The translations under genes were made by a program, and so were the position numbers. Below, piece by piece: positions 27,359 through 36,636 of a stretch of 64,000 nt of DNA. The notes under the pieces are model-generated. The model saw only the letters and a list, made by a program, of their open reading frames with translations. It was not told where the DNA came from and did not search any database. The DNA is from an uncultured Gemmatimonadota bacterium (GTDB lineage Bacteria; Gemmatimonadota; Gemmatimonadetes; Palauibacterales; Palauibacteraceae), in assembly GCA_964627425.1 (NCBI GenBank), contig CAZVIY010000001.1, positions 32,128-96,127 of the forward strand. The letters run 5' to 3'. Numbering within the stretch: position 1 is the stretch's first letter; every line of letters starts with the position of its first letter.

Positions 27359-28069
27359 TCACCGGGGCCCACCGGCGGCGCCCGGGGGGCGCCCCCCCTC
27401 CACGTCCGAGATCAGGGGCACGAACCGGGCGGCGTCGTGGTCCTCGGTCCTCAGGCCTCCGTCCGTCCTCCGGTAGGTGCGGAGCACCTGGGTGAACCGA
27501 CCTCCCACGGGGGCCACGGCGATCCCTCCCTCCGCCAGCTGCTCCTCGAGGGGTGGGGGGAGGAGGTCCGCCGCCGCCGTGACCAGGATCCCCTCGAAGG
27601 GGGCCTCCTCGGGCCATCCGTGGCTCCCGTCGCCGGAGCGGAGGCGGATCCGGTCGGCGAACCCGGCCTCCTCGAGCCCTCGACGGGCTCGCTCCAGGAG
27701 GGAGGGGATCCGCTCCACGGAGAAGACCTCCAGCCCGCAGGCAGCGAGCACCGCCGCCTGGTAGCCCGAGCCGGTCCCCACCTCCAGGACGCGGGCTCCC
27801 TCCCGGGGCTCCAGGAGGGCGGTCATCCGGGCCACGATATAGGGCTGGGAGATGGTCTGCCCCTGGCCGATGGGGAGGGCCCGGTCGGCATACGCCTGGC
27901 CCCGCTCATCCTCCGGGACGAAGAGATGTCTCGGGACCTCCCGCATGGCGTCGAGAACCAGGGGATCCTCCACTCCTCGCGCACGGATCTGCTGGTCCAC
28001 CATCCGGCGGCGGAGCTCCCCGTACGACGGCTGGTCTCCCGAGTCTCCGAAGCCGGAGAACAGGCCCAT
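27359..28069 (-). CDS. pcm: Protein-L-isoaspartate O-methyltransferase
   Basis: ATG 28069 (GGGAGAG SD) inside ORF 27359..28258. Motifs: GQGQTISQPYIVARM, VLEVGTGSGYQAAVLA. Confidence 0.9.
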   Translation of the reverse strand: MGLFSGFGDSGDQPSYGELRRRMVDQQIRARGVEDPLVLDAMREVPRHLFVPEDERGQAYADRALPIGQGQTISQPYIVARMTALLEPREGARVLEVGTGSGYQAAVLAACGLEVFSVERIPSLLERARRGLEEAGFADRIRLRSGDGSHGWPEEAPFEGILVTAAADLLPPPLEEQLAEGGIAVAPVGGRFTQVLRTYRRTDGGLRTEDHDAARFVPLISDVEGGRPPGAAGGPR

Positions 28070-28226
28070 GGATCTCTCCCGGGTCATGGGGTCCGACGGG
28101 CGCGTCCGCTCCCAGGTTGCCGCAAGGCCTACGCCGGGGATAGCTTCGCGGGACGACCGGGGCGCCGAGCCGTACGGCCCCGGGAGCGATCCCACCGAGC
28201 ACACATACTCCGAGGAAGGAAGACCC

Positions 28227-29294
28227 ATGGCCGAGCCCGATCGGGCACCGCGCCTCACCCGCTACTCCCACGGGGCCGGGTGAGCATGCAAACTGGGTCC
28301 GGAGGACCTGGAAACCGTACTGGATTCGCTTCCTTACATGCACGACGAGCGGGTGATCGTCGGCCTCGACGCTCCCGACGACGCCGCGGTCTACCGGCTG
28401 GGCGACGGTCGCGTCGTGGCGGCCACCGTGGACTATTTCACTCCCCTGGTGGACGGCCCGGAGGACTTCGGCGCCATCGCCGCGGCCAACGCCTTCAGCG
28501 ACCTCTACGCCATGGGCATCCACCCGGCGTTCGCGCTGAGCATCCTGGGGATCCCGGCGGGTGAGTTCGGACCCGCCGTCCTGCAGGGGATCTTTCGCGG
28601 GGCGACGGAGGTCTGCCGCGAGGCGGGGGTGGTCATCGCGGGGGGGCACTCCATCGACGACCCCGAGCCGAAGTTCGGGCTCGTGGCCCTGGGCCTGGGT
28701 CGGGAGGAGGCCGTCCTCCGGAAATCCGGGGCCCGTCCGGGCGACGCCCTGGTGCTCGGCAAGGCACTGGGCATCGGCGTGATCACCACCGGGATCAAGA
28801 CCGACCGATCGGCCGACGACGAGTCGGCCGCCGCCATCGATTCCATGCGACAGCTGAATCGGGAGGCGATGGTCCGGATGGAGCGGTTCGACGTCCACGC
28901 GGCCACCGACGTCACGGGCTTCGGGCTCCTGGGTCACCTCCTGGAGGTGTGCCGCGCGTCCGGGGTCTCGGCCCGTGTGGACGCCGGGGCGCCCGAGCTC
29001 CTCCCCGGTGCGGCCCGGCTCGCCGCGGACGGCTGTGTGCCCGGAGGCACCGGTCGGAACCGGGAGGCGGTGGAGCCTCACGTGACGTGGGAGGAGGGCG
29101 TGGGCGAGACCCTGCGGATCCTCCTGTGCGACGCCCAGACGTCGGGCGGACTCCTGGCGGCCGTGCCGGCCTCCCAGGCCGACGAGCTGGTGCAGGCGTG
29201 GCGCGGGGCCGGCTACGCCGCGGCCCGGGTGGGCGAGGTGCGGGAGGGTGCGGGGGAGCCTCGCATCGAGGTCTCGGGAGGCGAGCCGTCGTGA
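28227..29294 (+). CDS. selD: Selenide, water dikinase (selenophosphate synthetase) with in-frame UGA = selenocysteine at 28281..28283
   Basis: ORF 27852..28283 ends ...MAEPDRAPRLTRYSHGAG-TGA. The same frame continues ACKLGPEDLETVLDSLPYMHDERVIVGLDAPDDAAVY into ORF 28338..29294. The joined sequence reproduces the SelD N-terminal motif (E. coli [24 protein letters not shown]), with TGA at the catalytic Cys/Sec position. ATG 28227 has a GAGGAAGGA SD. Confidence 0.85.
28295..28309 (+). promoter_or_regulatory. Candidate SECIS apical hairpin for the selD UGA
   Basis: GGGUCC-GGA-GGACCU (5 G-C/A-U pairs plus one G-U) begins 11 nt after the UGA. This is the spacing I recall for the minimal E. coli SECIS upper stem-loop. 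The loop sequence is not canonical. Confidence 0.35.
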
Positions 29295-29965
29295 GCGACG
29301 AGGGGGCAGCCCTGCGGATCGGCGAGGAGGGCCACGGATTCTCGAACCTGGTGGTGGTGGATCATCCGCTCCTCCTCCACAAGGTCTCGCTGCTCCGGGA
29401 GCGGGAGACGTCCCGGAAGCGCTTCAGCGAGCTGGTGGACGAGATCGCGGGCCTCCTGGCGTACGAGGTCCTGGGGGACCTGGAGACGGTGGAGTGCAGG
29501 ATCGAGACGCCCCTCGAGCCCACGGTGGGCGAGCGGGTGGAAGGGGACAGGATCACCCTGGTACCCATCCTCCGGGCCGGCCTCGGGATGGTGCAGGGGT
29601 TCCGGAACCTCCTGCCGACCCTCCGGGTGGGTCACATCGGACTGGAGCGGGAGCACGACACGCTCCGGCCGGTGGATTACTACTTCAAGATCCCGCCCAG
29701 CCCCGAGCAGCAGTGGTTCCTCGTCACCGACCCGATGCTGGCCACGGGGGGCTCCGCTTCGGCGGCCCTCTCCTTCCTGAAGGAGTCGGGAGCGCGCTCG
29801 CTCCGGATGGCCGCCATCGTGGCAGCTCCCGAAGGGGTGCGTCGGCTGGAGCGGGAACACCCCGACGTCCAGGTCTTCACCGCCGCCCTGGACCGGGAGC
29901 TCGATGAGAACGGATACATACTCCCCGGGCTGGGCGACGCCGGAGACCGGCTCTTCGGGACCTGA
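29291..29965 (+). CDS. upp: Uracil phosphoribosyltransferase
   Basis: GTG 29291 (GTGA overlap with the selD stop) inside ORF 28949..29965. Motifs: VPILRAGLGM, VTDPMLATGGSA, YILPGLGDAGDRLFGT. Confidence 0.93.
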   Translation: MSDEGAALRIGEEGHGFSNLVVVDHPLLLHKVSLLRERETSRKRFSELVDEIAGLLAYEVLGDLETVECRIETPLEPTVGERVEGDRITLVPILRAGLGMVQGFRNLLPTLRVGHIGLEREHDTLRPVDYYFKIPPSPEQQWFLVTDPMLATGGSASAALSFLKESGARSLRMAAIVAAPEGVRRLEREHPDVQVFTAALDRELDENGYILPGLGDAGDRLFGT

Positions 29966-30026
29966 CCCGGACGGCCGTCGCGGGGAGGACGCCTCCCACG
30001 GGGAAAACACAGCCCCATCCCACTGC

Positions 30027-30102
<76 letters not shown>

Positions 30103-30124
30103 CGGCGGACGGCCTCGCCGCCCG

Positions 30125-30568
30125 TCAGGACGTCTCCAGGGCGTCGGCCACCTCGTCCACGTAATCGTCCACGCTCGTGAGGACGGTGATGAGGTCGGCC
30201 TTGTCCTCGGCGGCGGCCACGTCCTTCGCGAAGCGCAGGAGACCTTCCCGGATGGCCTGGCGGCCGTCCTCTCCGGCGGTGGCGCCACCCCGCGAGGCCG
30301 AGGAACTCTTCTTCTTCCCCCCGCGTCCGGAGCTCCGCCCGCCGGACTTCTTCTTCGCTTTCTTCTGTTCCTTTTTCTTCTTCGCCGAGGAGAGCTTCCG
30401 CTTCACCTGGAGGGGGTAGCGGGCGTGGAACTGTCGGAGGGAGAGTTCCTCCAGGGACGAATCCATGTCCCGGGCCTTCTCGAAGAGGGCCGCCGTCTCC
30501 ACGTCCGGGTCCTTCTCGATCGCCTTCCTGACCATCTTCATCACATCGGGATTCTTCTGGGCGGGCAT
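30125..30568 (-). CDS. Hypothetical protein with a central K/S/G-rich basic linker
   Basis: ORF 30125..30568, GAAGGA SD. Two helical acidic segments flank SSAKKKKEQKKAKKKSGGRSSGRGGKKKSSS. GC content is lower than in neighbouring genes. No family recognised. Confidence 0.6.
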   Translation of the reverse strand: MPAQKNPDVMKMVRKAIEKDPDVETAALFEKARDMDSSLEELSLRQFHARYPLQVKRKLSSAKKKKEQKKAKKKSGGRSSGRGGKKKSSSASRGGATAGEDGRQAIREGLLRFAKDVAAAEDKADLITVLTSVDDYVDEVADALETS

Positions 30569-30769
30569 GGGTCGTCCTTCGTTGGGGGGACATTCCAGCG
30601 GGGATCCGTCGAGCGTGACCGTATATAGCCCGTCTATTCCGTAAAGTTCCAGCCGACTATGGATGGACTTTCTGGCTCTTTGAGCCCGGAGACCGCCGAG
30701 AGGCAGCTATATCCACCGTACGTATGGGTACATTCGGCGGTCCCCCCACGAGTCGCGAGGCAGGGAGAT

Positions 30770-30798
30770 AAAGTCACGGAGCGTGACTTTGGAAAGTC
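30770..30798. repeat. Nested inverted repeats AAAGTCAC-GGAGC-GTGACTTT-GG-AAAGTC
   Basis: Read directly from the sequence. An 8-bp perfect inverted repeat with a 5-nt spacer (30770..30790) is followed immediately by a third AAAGTC copy (30793..30798) in the 540-bp gap upstream of secD. Function unknown. Confidence 0.6.
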
Positions 30799-31110
30799 GG
30801 CGACGAACTATGACGCGGCGAGGATAGAATCGGTTCTCCGGCGGCGGTCTCCGGCCCTCCCCCGATGGCCGTCTCCCGGGAGGAGGACGGGACCTCCGGA
30901 GGCGGACCGCCCGTGGGACCCTTTCGCGGCACCACGAGCTCGCGGTAGCTTGGCCACCTTCGAGGGGCCGACCGGCCCCGGATCTCGAGCGCAGTCGCCC
31001 GGTCCCCCCGCCCTCGCGCGGCGGGACGAGGGGCGCACCTCACGGCCGGTCCGGGGTACAGCGCTTTCGTTCGGCCAGCAAATCGGTCACGCACTCCACC
31101 AGCGGATCAC

Positions 31111-32808
31111 ATGTTCAAGAGCCTGAAGGGGCGTATCGCCGTCATCGTCGGAGTCATCGCGCTCTGCGCGTGGGCCCTCGTGCCGAAAGAGGGGCCCCAG
31201 GGCCGGACGATCTCCCCCCTGAACCTGGGCCTGGACCTGCAGGGCGGGATGCACCTGGCCATCGAGATCTCCGACAGCACCATCACCGGCCAGGACCGGG
31301 CCGACGCCGTGGAGCGGGTGCTGACCACCATCCGGAACCGGATCAACGAGTTCGGCGTCCGGGAGCCCATCATCCAGCAGGTGGGCGACGACCGCGTCAT
31401 CGTGGAGCTGGCGGGGATCGACGATCCCGAGCGGGCCAAGGAGATCGTGGCCCGGACCGCCTTCCTGGAGTTCAAGCTGGTGCGCGACGGCGAGCGCTTC
31501 CGGCAGCTCCTGCCCCGCCTGGACCGGACCATCGTGCGTGTCGTGGAAGGGGATACGGCCGCCGGTGAAGCCGTGGCCGCGGCCGAGGGCGAGGCGGCCG
31601 GGGCCGAGACCGGCGACGAGGCCGCGGGCGAGGGGGAGCTGGACCAGATCTTCGGCGACCAGGAGGGCCAGGACACGGCCGGGGCCGCTGCCGAGACGGA
31701 ATCGGGCCAGGAGGAGGGAGGCATCCCGGGGCTCGGAGACGAAGGACAGGATCGTCCGCTCACCAGCCTGCTCCTGGAGAGCGGGACCCACGGCGGGATC
31801 TTCCTCGTGGCCGAACAGGACTTCCCCACGGTGGAGCGCTACCTGGAGATGGACAGCGTGCAGGCCCTGCTCCCCCGGAACACCGAGCTCCGGTGGAGCG
31901 CCAACGCCGTGGGCCAGGGCGGGCAGTCCTACCGGCGGCTCTACGTCCTCGAGGAAGAGCCGATGATCACCGGGGAGTACCTGGACGACGCCGGGCCCGC
32001 CACCCGCGATCCCACCTACAACATGCCCATCGTCCCCTTCGAGTTCGACCGTCAGGGCGGCCGGATCTTCCAGCGGGTCACGGGCCAGAACGTCGGCCAG
32101 TACATGGCCATCGTCCTGGACGGCCGGGTCCAGAGCGCTCCGGAGATCCGAAGCACCATCGGCCAGCGGGGACAGATCGAGATGGGGCAGGGATCCTCGC
32201 TGCAGGAGGCCCAGGACCTGGCCCTGGTGCTCCGGGCCGGCGCGCTCCCCGTTCCCATCGAGATCGTCGAGGAGCGGACCGTGGGGCCCTCCCTGGGGGC
32301 CGACTCCATCTCCCAGGGGCAGATCGCCTTCATCATCGGGCTCGCCCTGGTGGTGCTCATGATCATCGCCTACTACAAGGTCTCGGGACTCCTGGCGGTG
32401 GGGGCCCTCACCGTCTACGTGATCATCATGCTGGGCGGGCTGGCGGGCCTCGGGGCCACCCTGACGCTGCCGGGAATCGCCGGCATCATCCTGTCCATCG
32501 GGATGGCCGTGGACGCCAACGTCCTCATCTTCGAGCGCATCCGCGAGGAGCTGGACGTGGGGAAGACCTCACGCACGGCCGTGGAGGAGGGCTTCGACCA
32601 CGCCCTGTCGGCCATCGTGGACGCCAACCTCACCACGCTGATCACGGCCATCATCCTCTACCAGGTGGGGACCGGACCGGTGAAGGGCTTCGCCGTGACG
32701 CTCTCCATCGGTATCGTGGCATCGTTCTTCTCGGCGCTGTACGTGACGAAGACCTTCTACCGCATCTACCTGGATCGCCGCTCGCCCGCCGAGTCGGTGA
32801 GCATCTGA
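31111..32808 (+). CDS. secD: Protein translocase subunit SecD
   Basis: LGLDLQGGMHL, RINEFGVREPIIQQ, and the C-terminal TM bundle with AGIILSIGMAVDANVLIFERIREE. Confidence 0.93.
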   Translation: MFKSLKGRIAVIVGVIALCAWALVPKEGPQGRTISPLNLGLDLQGGMHLAIEISDSTITGQDRADAVERVLTTIRNRINEFGVREPIIQQVGDDRVIVELAGIDDPERAKEIVARTAFLEFKLVRDGERFRQLLPRLDRTIVRVVEGDTAAGEAVAAAEGEAAGAETGDEAAGEGELDQIFGDQEGQDTAGAAAETESGQEEGGIPGLGDEGQDRPLTSLLLESGTHGGIFLVAEQDFPTVERYLEMDSVQALLPRNTELRWSANAVGQGGQSYRRLYVLEEEPMITGEYLDDAGPATRDPTYNMPIVPFEFDRQGGRIFQRVTGQNVGQYMAIVLDGRVQSAPEIRSTIGQRGQIEMGQGSSLQEAQDLALVLRAGALPVPIEIVEERTVGPSLGADSISQGQIAFIIGLALVVLMIIAYYKVSGLLAVGALTVYVIIMLGGLAGLGATLTLPGIAGIILSIGMAVDANVLIFERIREELDVGKTSRTAVEEGFDHALSAIVDANLTTLITAIILYQVGTGPVKGFAVTLSIGIVASFFSALYVTKTFYRIYLDRRSPAESVSI

Positions 32809-32936
32809 GCGTCTGAGGCGGCCCTCCCGGGGGAGGGGGCTCCGGTGACCTCCGACCTCCGCCCCGGCAGCGTCCCGGCCCCACACGAGCACGAGTTTCC
32901 CAGCGACGGAACCGACCCTTCTGCGAGACGGAAGAG

Positions 32937-33959
32937 ATGAGATTCTTCAAGGACGCGAGCTTCAAGATCCTGGAGTCCCGGCGCCGGGCCTACGTGGCCT
33001 CGGCCCTGCTGCTGGCCGTGGGCCTGGTCTCCCTGTTCGCACACCGGGGACTGAGCTACGGGGTGGACTTCACCGGAGGGACCCTCCTCCAGGTGGAGTT
33101 CGACACCACCACCACCGTGGGCGAGCTGCGTGACATCCTCACCGCCGGCGGCATCGCCAACGCCCAGATCCAGGGCTTCGGCGACGTGGACGAGTTCCTG
33201 ATCCGCATCCAGGGCTTCGAAGGGGAGATGGACGGAGGGGCCGCCGGCGGGGAGCCGGCCCCGGTCGCCGCGGGGGAGGATACCGGGAGCGCCGCGGACA
33301 CGGCCGACAGCCAGCTCGCCGCCGGGGCCACCTCCGTGAGCGAGCGGGTGGTGGCGTCCCTGGAGGAGGCCTTCGGCGAGGGAGGCGTCACCGTGCTCCG
33401 CACCGAAGCCGTGGGACCCCAGGTCGGTCAGGAGCTCCAGGAGAAGGCCCTCATCGCCATCCTCCTCTCCTTCCTCCTGACGCTGATCTACCTGGCGTTC
33501 CGATTCGAGTGGCGCTTCGGCGTGGCGGCGGTCATCGCCACCGTCCACGACATCACCCTGACCTTCGGGTTCATCTCCGTGCTGGACGTGGAGATCACCC
33601 TGGCCACGGTGGCGGCCATCCTCACCATCGTGGGGTACTCCCTGAACGACACCATCGTGGTCTTCGACCGGGTCCGGGAGAACCTGAAGGGCCGGCGGAA
33701 GGAGAGCTACATCGAGATCCTGAACCGGAGCATCAACGAGACCCTGCCCCGTACGGCCATGACCAGCCTCACGACGCTGGGCGCGCTGCTCGCCCTCTTC
33801 CTGTTCGGTGGGCCGGTGATCCGCCCCTTCGCCCTGGTGCTCATCCTGGGAGTGCTGGTGGGGACCTACTCCTCCATCTTCGTCGCCTCGCCCGCCCTGC
33901 TCGAGATCGACGAGTACATGGAGGAGCGGGCGCGGGGCCAGCAGGGGGCGTCGGCGTAG
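32937..33959 (+). CDS. secF: Protein translocase subunit SecF
   Basis: GVDFTGGTLLQV, IVGYSLNDTIVVFDRVREN, INETLPRT. Confidence 0.93.
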   Translation: MRFFKDASFKILESRRRAYVASALLLAVGLVSLFAHRGLSYGVDFTGGTLLQVEFDTTTTVGELRDILTAGGIANAQIQGFGDVDEFLIRIQGFEGEMDGGAAGGEPAPVAAGEDTGSAADTADSQLAAGATSVSERVVASLEEAFGEGGVTVLRTEAVGPQVGQELQEKALIAILLSFLLTLIYLAFRFEWRFGVAAVIATVHDITLTFGFISVLDVEITLATVAAILTIVGYSLNDTIVVFDRVRENLKGRRKESYIEILNRSINETLPRTAMTSLTTLGALLALFLFGGPVIRPFALVLILGVLVGTYSSIFVASPALLEIDEYMEERARGQQGASA

Positions 33960-34022
33960 GCGCTCGCTGGCGGTGATCTCCCCACGTGCCCCCCGGATCG
34001 TCCGCCGCCGGCCCCTGAGCCC

Positions 34023-34817
34023 GTGTCCGAGCGCGTGACCGCGGACGGCCCGTACTTCGACTCCCACCTCCATCTCACCGACGAGCGGTTCGACGGGGAT
34101 CGTCGGGAGGTGATCCGTCGGGCGCGGGAGGCGGGCGTGCGGGAGATGGTGAGCGTCGGGAGCTCGCCCGGGGACGCCGCCGCGGCCCTGGAGCTGGCCC
34201 GCCGGGAGGAGGGGATCTGGGCCTCGGCCGGCCTCCACCCCCACGGGGCGCGGGCGTGGAGCCCGGAGGTGCTGGACCGCCTCCGGGACCTGGTCCAGGA
34301 CCCGGACGTCCTGGCGGTGGGCGAGACCGGCTTCGACTTCCACTACGAGAACAGCCCCCGGGACGAGCAGGCTCGTGCCTTCCGGGCCCACCTGGAGCTG
34401 TCGGCCGATACGGGCCTCCCCCTCATCGTCCACACCCGGGAGGCCGACGCCGAGACGGCGGAGCTGGTCCGGGCCTTCGGCGACGCGGTCCGGGGGGTCC
34501 TCCACTGCTTCACCGCCGGCGACGCCCTGCTGGAGGTGGCCCTGCAGGAGGACTGGTACGTCTCCTTCTCCGGTATCGCCACCTTCTCGGGCTTCGACGG
34601 GCTGGAGCGCCTCCGCCGGGTACCCGAGGACCGTCTCCTGGTGGAGACCGACAGCCCGTATCTCTCCCCCGAGCCGGTACGGGGACGGCGCAACGAGCCC
34701 GCCCACCTGCCCCACACGGTGGAGCGCCTCGCCGGGGAGCGCGGGGTGACCGCCGGGGAGCTGGCCGCCCTGACCCGTCGCAACGCCCGCCGGTTCTACG
34801 GCCTGGACGGGGAGTAG
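34023..34817 (+). CDS. tatD: TatD-family metal-dependent hydrolase/DNase
   Basis: GTG start. Motifs: FDSHLHL, GETGFDFHY, PLIVHTREA, HCFTAG, ETDSPYLSP. Confidence 0.9.
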   Translation: MSERVTADGPYFDSHLHLTDERFDGDRREVIRRAREAGVREMVSVGSSPGDAAAALELARREEGIWASAGLHPHGARAWSPEVLDRLRDLVQDPDVLAVGETGFDFHYENSPRDEQARAFRAHLELSADTGLPLIVHTREADAETAELVRAFGDAVRGVLHCFTAGDALLEVALQEDWYVSFSGIATFSGFDGLERLRRVPEDRLLVETDSPYLSPEPVRGRRNEPAHLPHTVERLAGERGVTAGELAALTRRNARRFYGLDGE

Positions 34818-34821
34818 GGGG

Positions 34822-36636
34822 ATGAGCGCCCGGGTCCAGATCCTCCCGGACCGCGTGGCCGACAAGATCGCGGCCGGGGAGGTCGTGGAGCGTCCCGCCT
34901 CGGTGGTGAAGGAGCTGGTGGAGAACGCGGTGGACGCCGGGGCCTCACGGATCGAGGTCGAGCTCCGGAACGGCGGGAAGACCGAGATCCGTGTGGCCGA
35001 CGACGGCACCGGGATGGCACGGCAGGACGCGCTGCTGGCCCTGGACCGGCACGCCACGAGCAAGATCCGGAGCGCCGAGGACCTGGACTCGGTGAGCTCC
35101 TTCGGGTTCCGTGGGGAGGCGCTCCCCTCCATCGCCGCGGTGAGCCGCTTCGAGCTGGAGACGGCCACCCGGGAAGAGGAGACCGGGACCCGGATCAGGG
35201 TCCGCGGCGGGGAGATCCAGTCGGTGGACGAGATCGCCCGCCGGCCCGGCACCACCGTCCGGGTCCGCTCGCTGTTCCACAACGTCCCGGCCCGGGCCAA
35301 GTTCCTGCGGTCGGCGGGCGTGGAGACCCGGGCGGTGAGCGAGACGATCATTCGCGTGGCGCTCTCCAAGCTGCGGATCCACTTCCGCCTGGTCTCCAAC
35401 GGACGGGAGCTCCTCGACCTCCCGCCGGCCGAGGCGGTCCGGCGACGGGTGGCCGACCTGTGGGGGGGCGAGGAGGCCGAGCCCCTCCTGGAGCTGGAGG
35501 CCGGGGAGGAGGACCTCCGGATCGGGGGCCTGGTGGAGCGGCCCGACGCGGCCCGCGGCGGCGGGCGCCGCCGCCAGATCTTCGTCAACGGCCGCCCGGT
35601 GGACGACGACGGGCTGGTGACGGCGGTGGACGACGCCTACCGGACCACGGTGGCCCCGGACGTCCGTCCCACCTTCTTCCTCTACGTGAGCCTCCCGCCC
35701 GACGGGGTGGACGTGAACGTCCATCCCCAGAAATCGGAGGTGAAGTTCCGGGACCGGCCGGACGTGGAGGCCGCCGCCCGCGCCGCGGTCCGGGATGCCC
35801 TCTCGGAGCTGCGGAGCACCCCGGAGCTGGGGGGTGACGGATCGACCGCCGGAGAGGACGCGGCGGTCGAGACGGCGCCGTCCGGGAAGGGGCCGCCCGG
35901 AGACCGCGGTGAGGGGAGGGCCGCGGCGGAGGCGAGCACAGCCCGGACGAACCAGGTGAGGGAGCCCCGCTCCCAGCTGGCCCTGTTCGTCTCGGGCCAC
36001 CCGGAGGACGCCGGGGAGGACCGCGAGGAGACGGCCCTCCGGGGAGGGGAGAGGGTGCGGCCCCCGGAGCTCTGGCAGCTCCACGAGACCTACATCCTGG
36101 CCAGCAGCCGGGAGGGCCTGCTGATCATCGACCAGCACGCCGCCCACGAGCGGGTGCTCTACGAGGAGCTCATGGACCGCTTCGCCGGGGCGTCCTCCGG
36201 GACCTCCCAGCGTCTCCTCTTCCCCCTCACCCTCCGGCTCTCTCCGGCCGAGTACTCGGTGGTGGAGGAGCTGGAGGCCCTCTTCGAGAAAGTGGGCTAC
36301 GACGTGGAGCCGTTCGGCGACCGCACGGTGATCGTCCACGGCGCGCCGAACCCCCATCCGTACTTCGATGCCGAGCGCTGCTTCCGGGACATGGTGCAGG
36401 AGCTCGCCGAGGGATCGGAGCTGGTCAACTCCGCCCGGAACCAGCACGAGCGGATCGCCAAGAGCATGGCCTGCCAGGGAGCCATCAAGGCGGGACGGCC
36501 CCTCTCCCGGGAGGAGATGTCCGAGCTCTTCGATCGGCTCTTCGCCACCGAGCTGCCCGGACACGACGTCCACGGCCGACCCACCATCGTCCGGCTCACC
36601 CTGGACGAGCTGCACCGACGCTTCCGGCGATCTTGA
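34822..36636 (+). CDS. mutL: DNA mismatch repair protein MutL (endonuclease type)
   Basis: IAAGEVVERPASVVKELVENAVDAG, FGFRGEAL, and the C-terminal DQHAAHERVLYE endonuclease motif. Confidence 0.95.
   Translation: MSARVQILPDRVADKIAAGEVVERPASVVKELVENAVDAGASRIEVELRNGGKTEIRVADDGTGMARQDALLALDRHATSKIRSAEDLDSVSSFGFRGEALPSIAAVSRFELETATREEETGTRIRVRGGEIQSVDEIARRPGTTVRVRSLFHNVPARAKFLRSAGVETRAVSETIIRVALSKLRIHFRLVSNGRELLDLPPAEAVRRRVADLWGGEEAEPLLELEAGEEDLRIGGLVERPDAARGGGRRRQIFVNGRPVDDDGLVTAVDDAYRTTVAPDVRPTFFLYVSLPPDGVDVNVHPQKSEVKFRDRPDVEAAARAAVRDALSELRSTPELGGDGSTAGEDAAVETAPSGKGPPGDRGEGRAAAEASTARTNQVREPRSQLALFVSGHPEDAGEDREETALRGGERVRPPELWQLHETYILASSREGLLIIDQHAAHERVLYEELMDRFAGASSGTSQRLLFPLTLRLSPAEYSVVEELEALFEKVGYDVEPFGDRTVIVHGAPNPHPYFDAERCFRDMVQELAEGSELVNSARNQHERIAKSMACQGAIKAGRPLSREEMSELFDRLFATELPGHDVHGRPTIVRLTLDELHRRFRRS

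Noticed and set aside
30789-30802. TTGGAAAGTCGGCG, resembling the RNase P RNA CR-I motif GAGGAAAGUCCGGGC
   Set aside because: Only a partial match. The other universally conserved RNase P blocks, such as ACAGAACCCGGCUUA, are absent, and a full RNase P RNA would not fit before secD.
30659-31126. 155-aa ORF (plus antisense ORFs 30774..31094 and 30808..31038) in the gap before secD
   Set aside because: Non-coding-like composition, no SD, and it reads into the secD start. I treat the region as intergenic or regulatory instead.
32766-35588. 940-aa minus-strand ORF opposite secF, tatD and mutL. Similar giants lie at 38768..41671, 42536..44635, 45170..47782, 51692..54928, 24695..27238 and 6846..9314
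   Set aside because: All are antisense to genes with unambiguous motifs (SecF, MutL, NadC/BirA, GroEL, PheT and others). They have arginine/proline/glycine-dominated translations and are artefacts of stop-codon scarcity at high GC.
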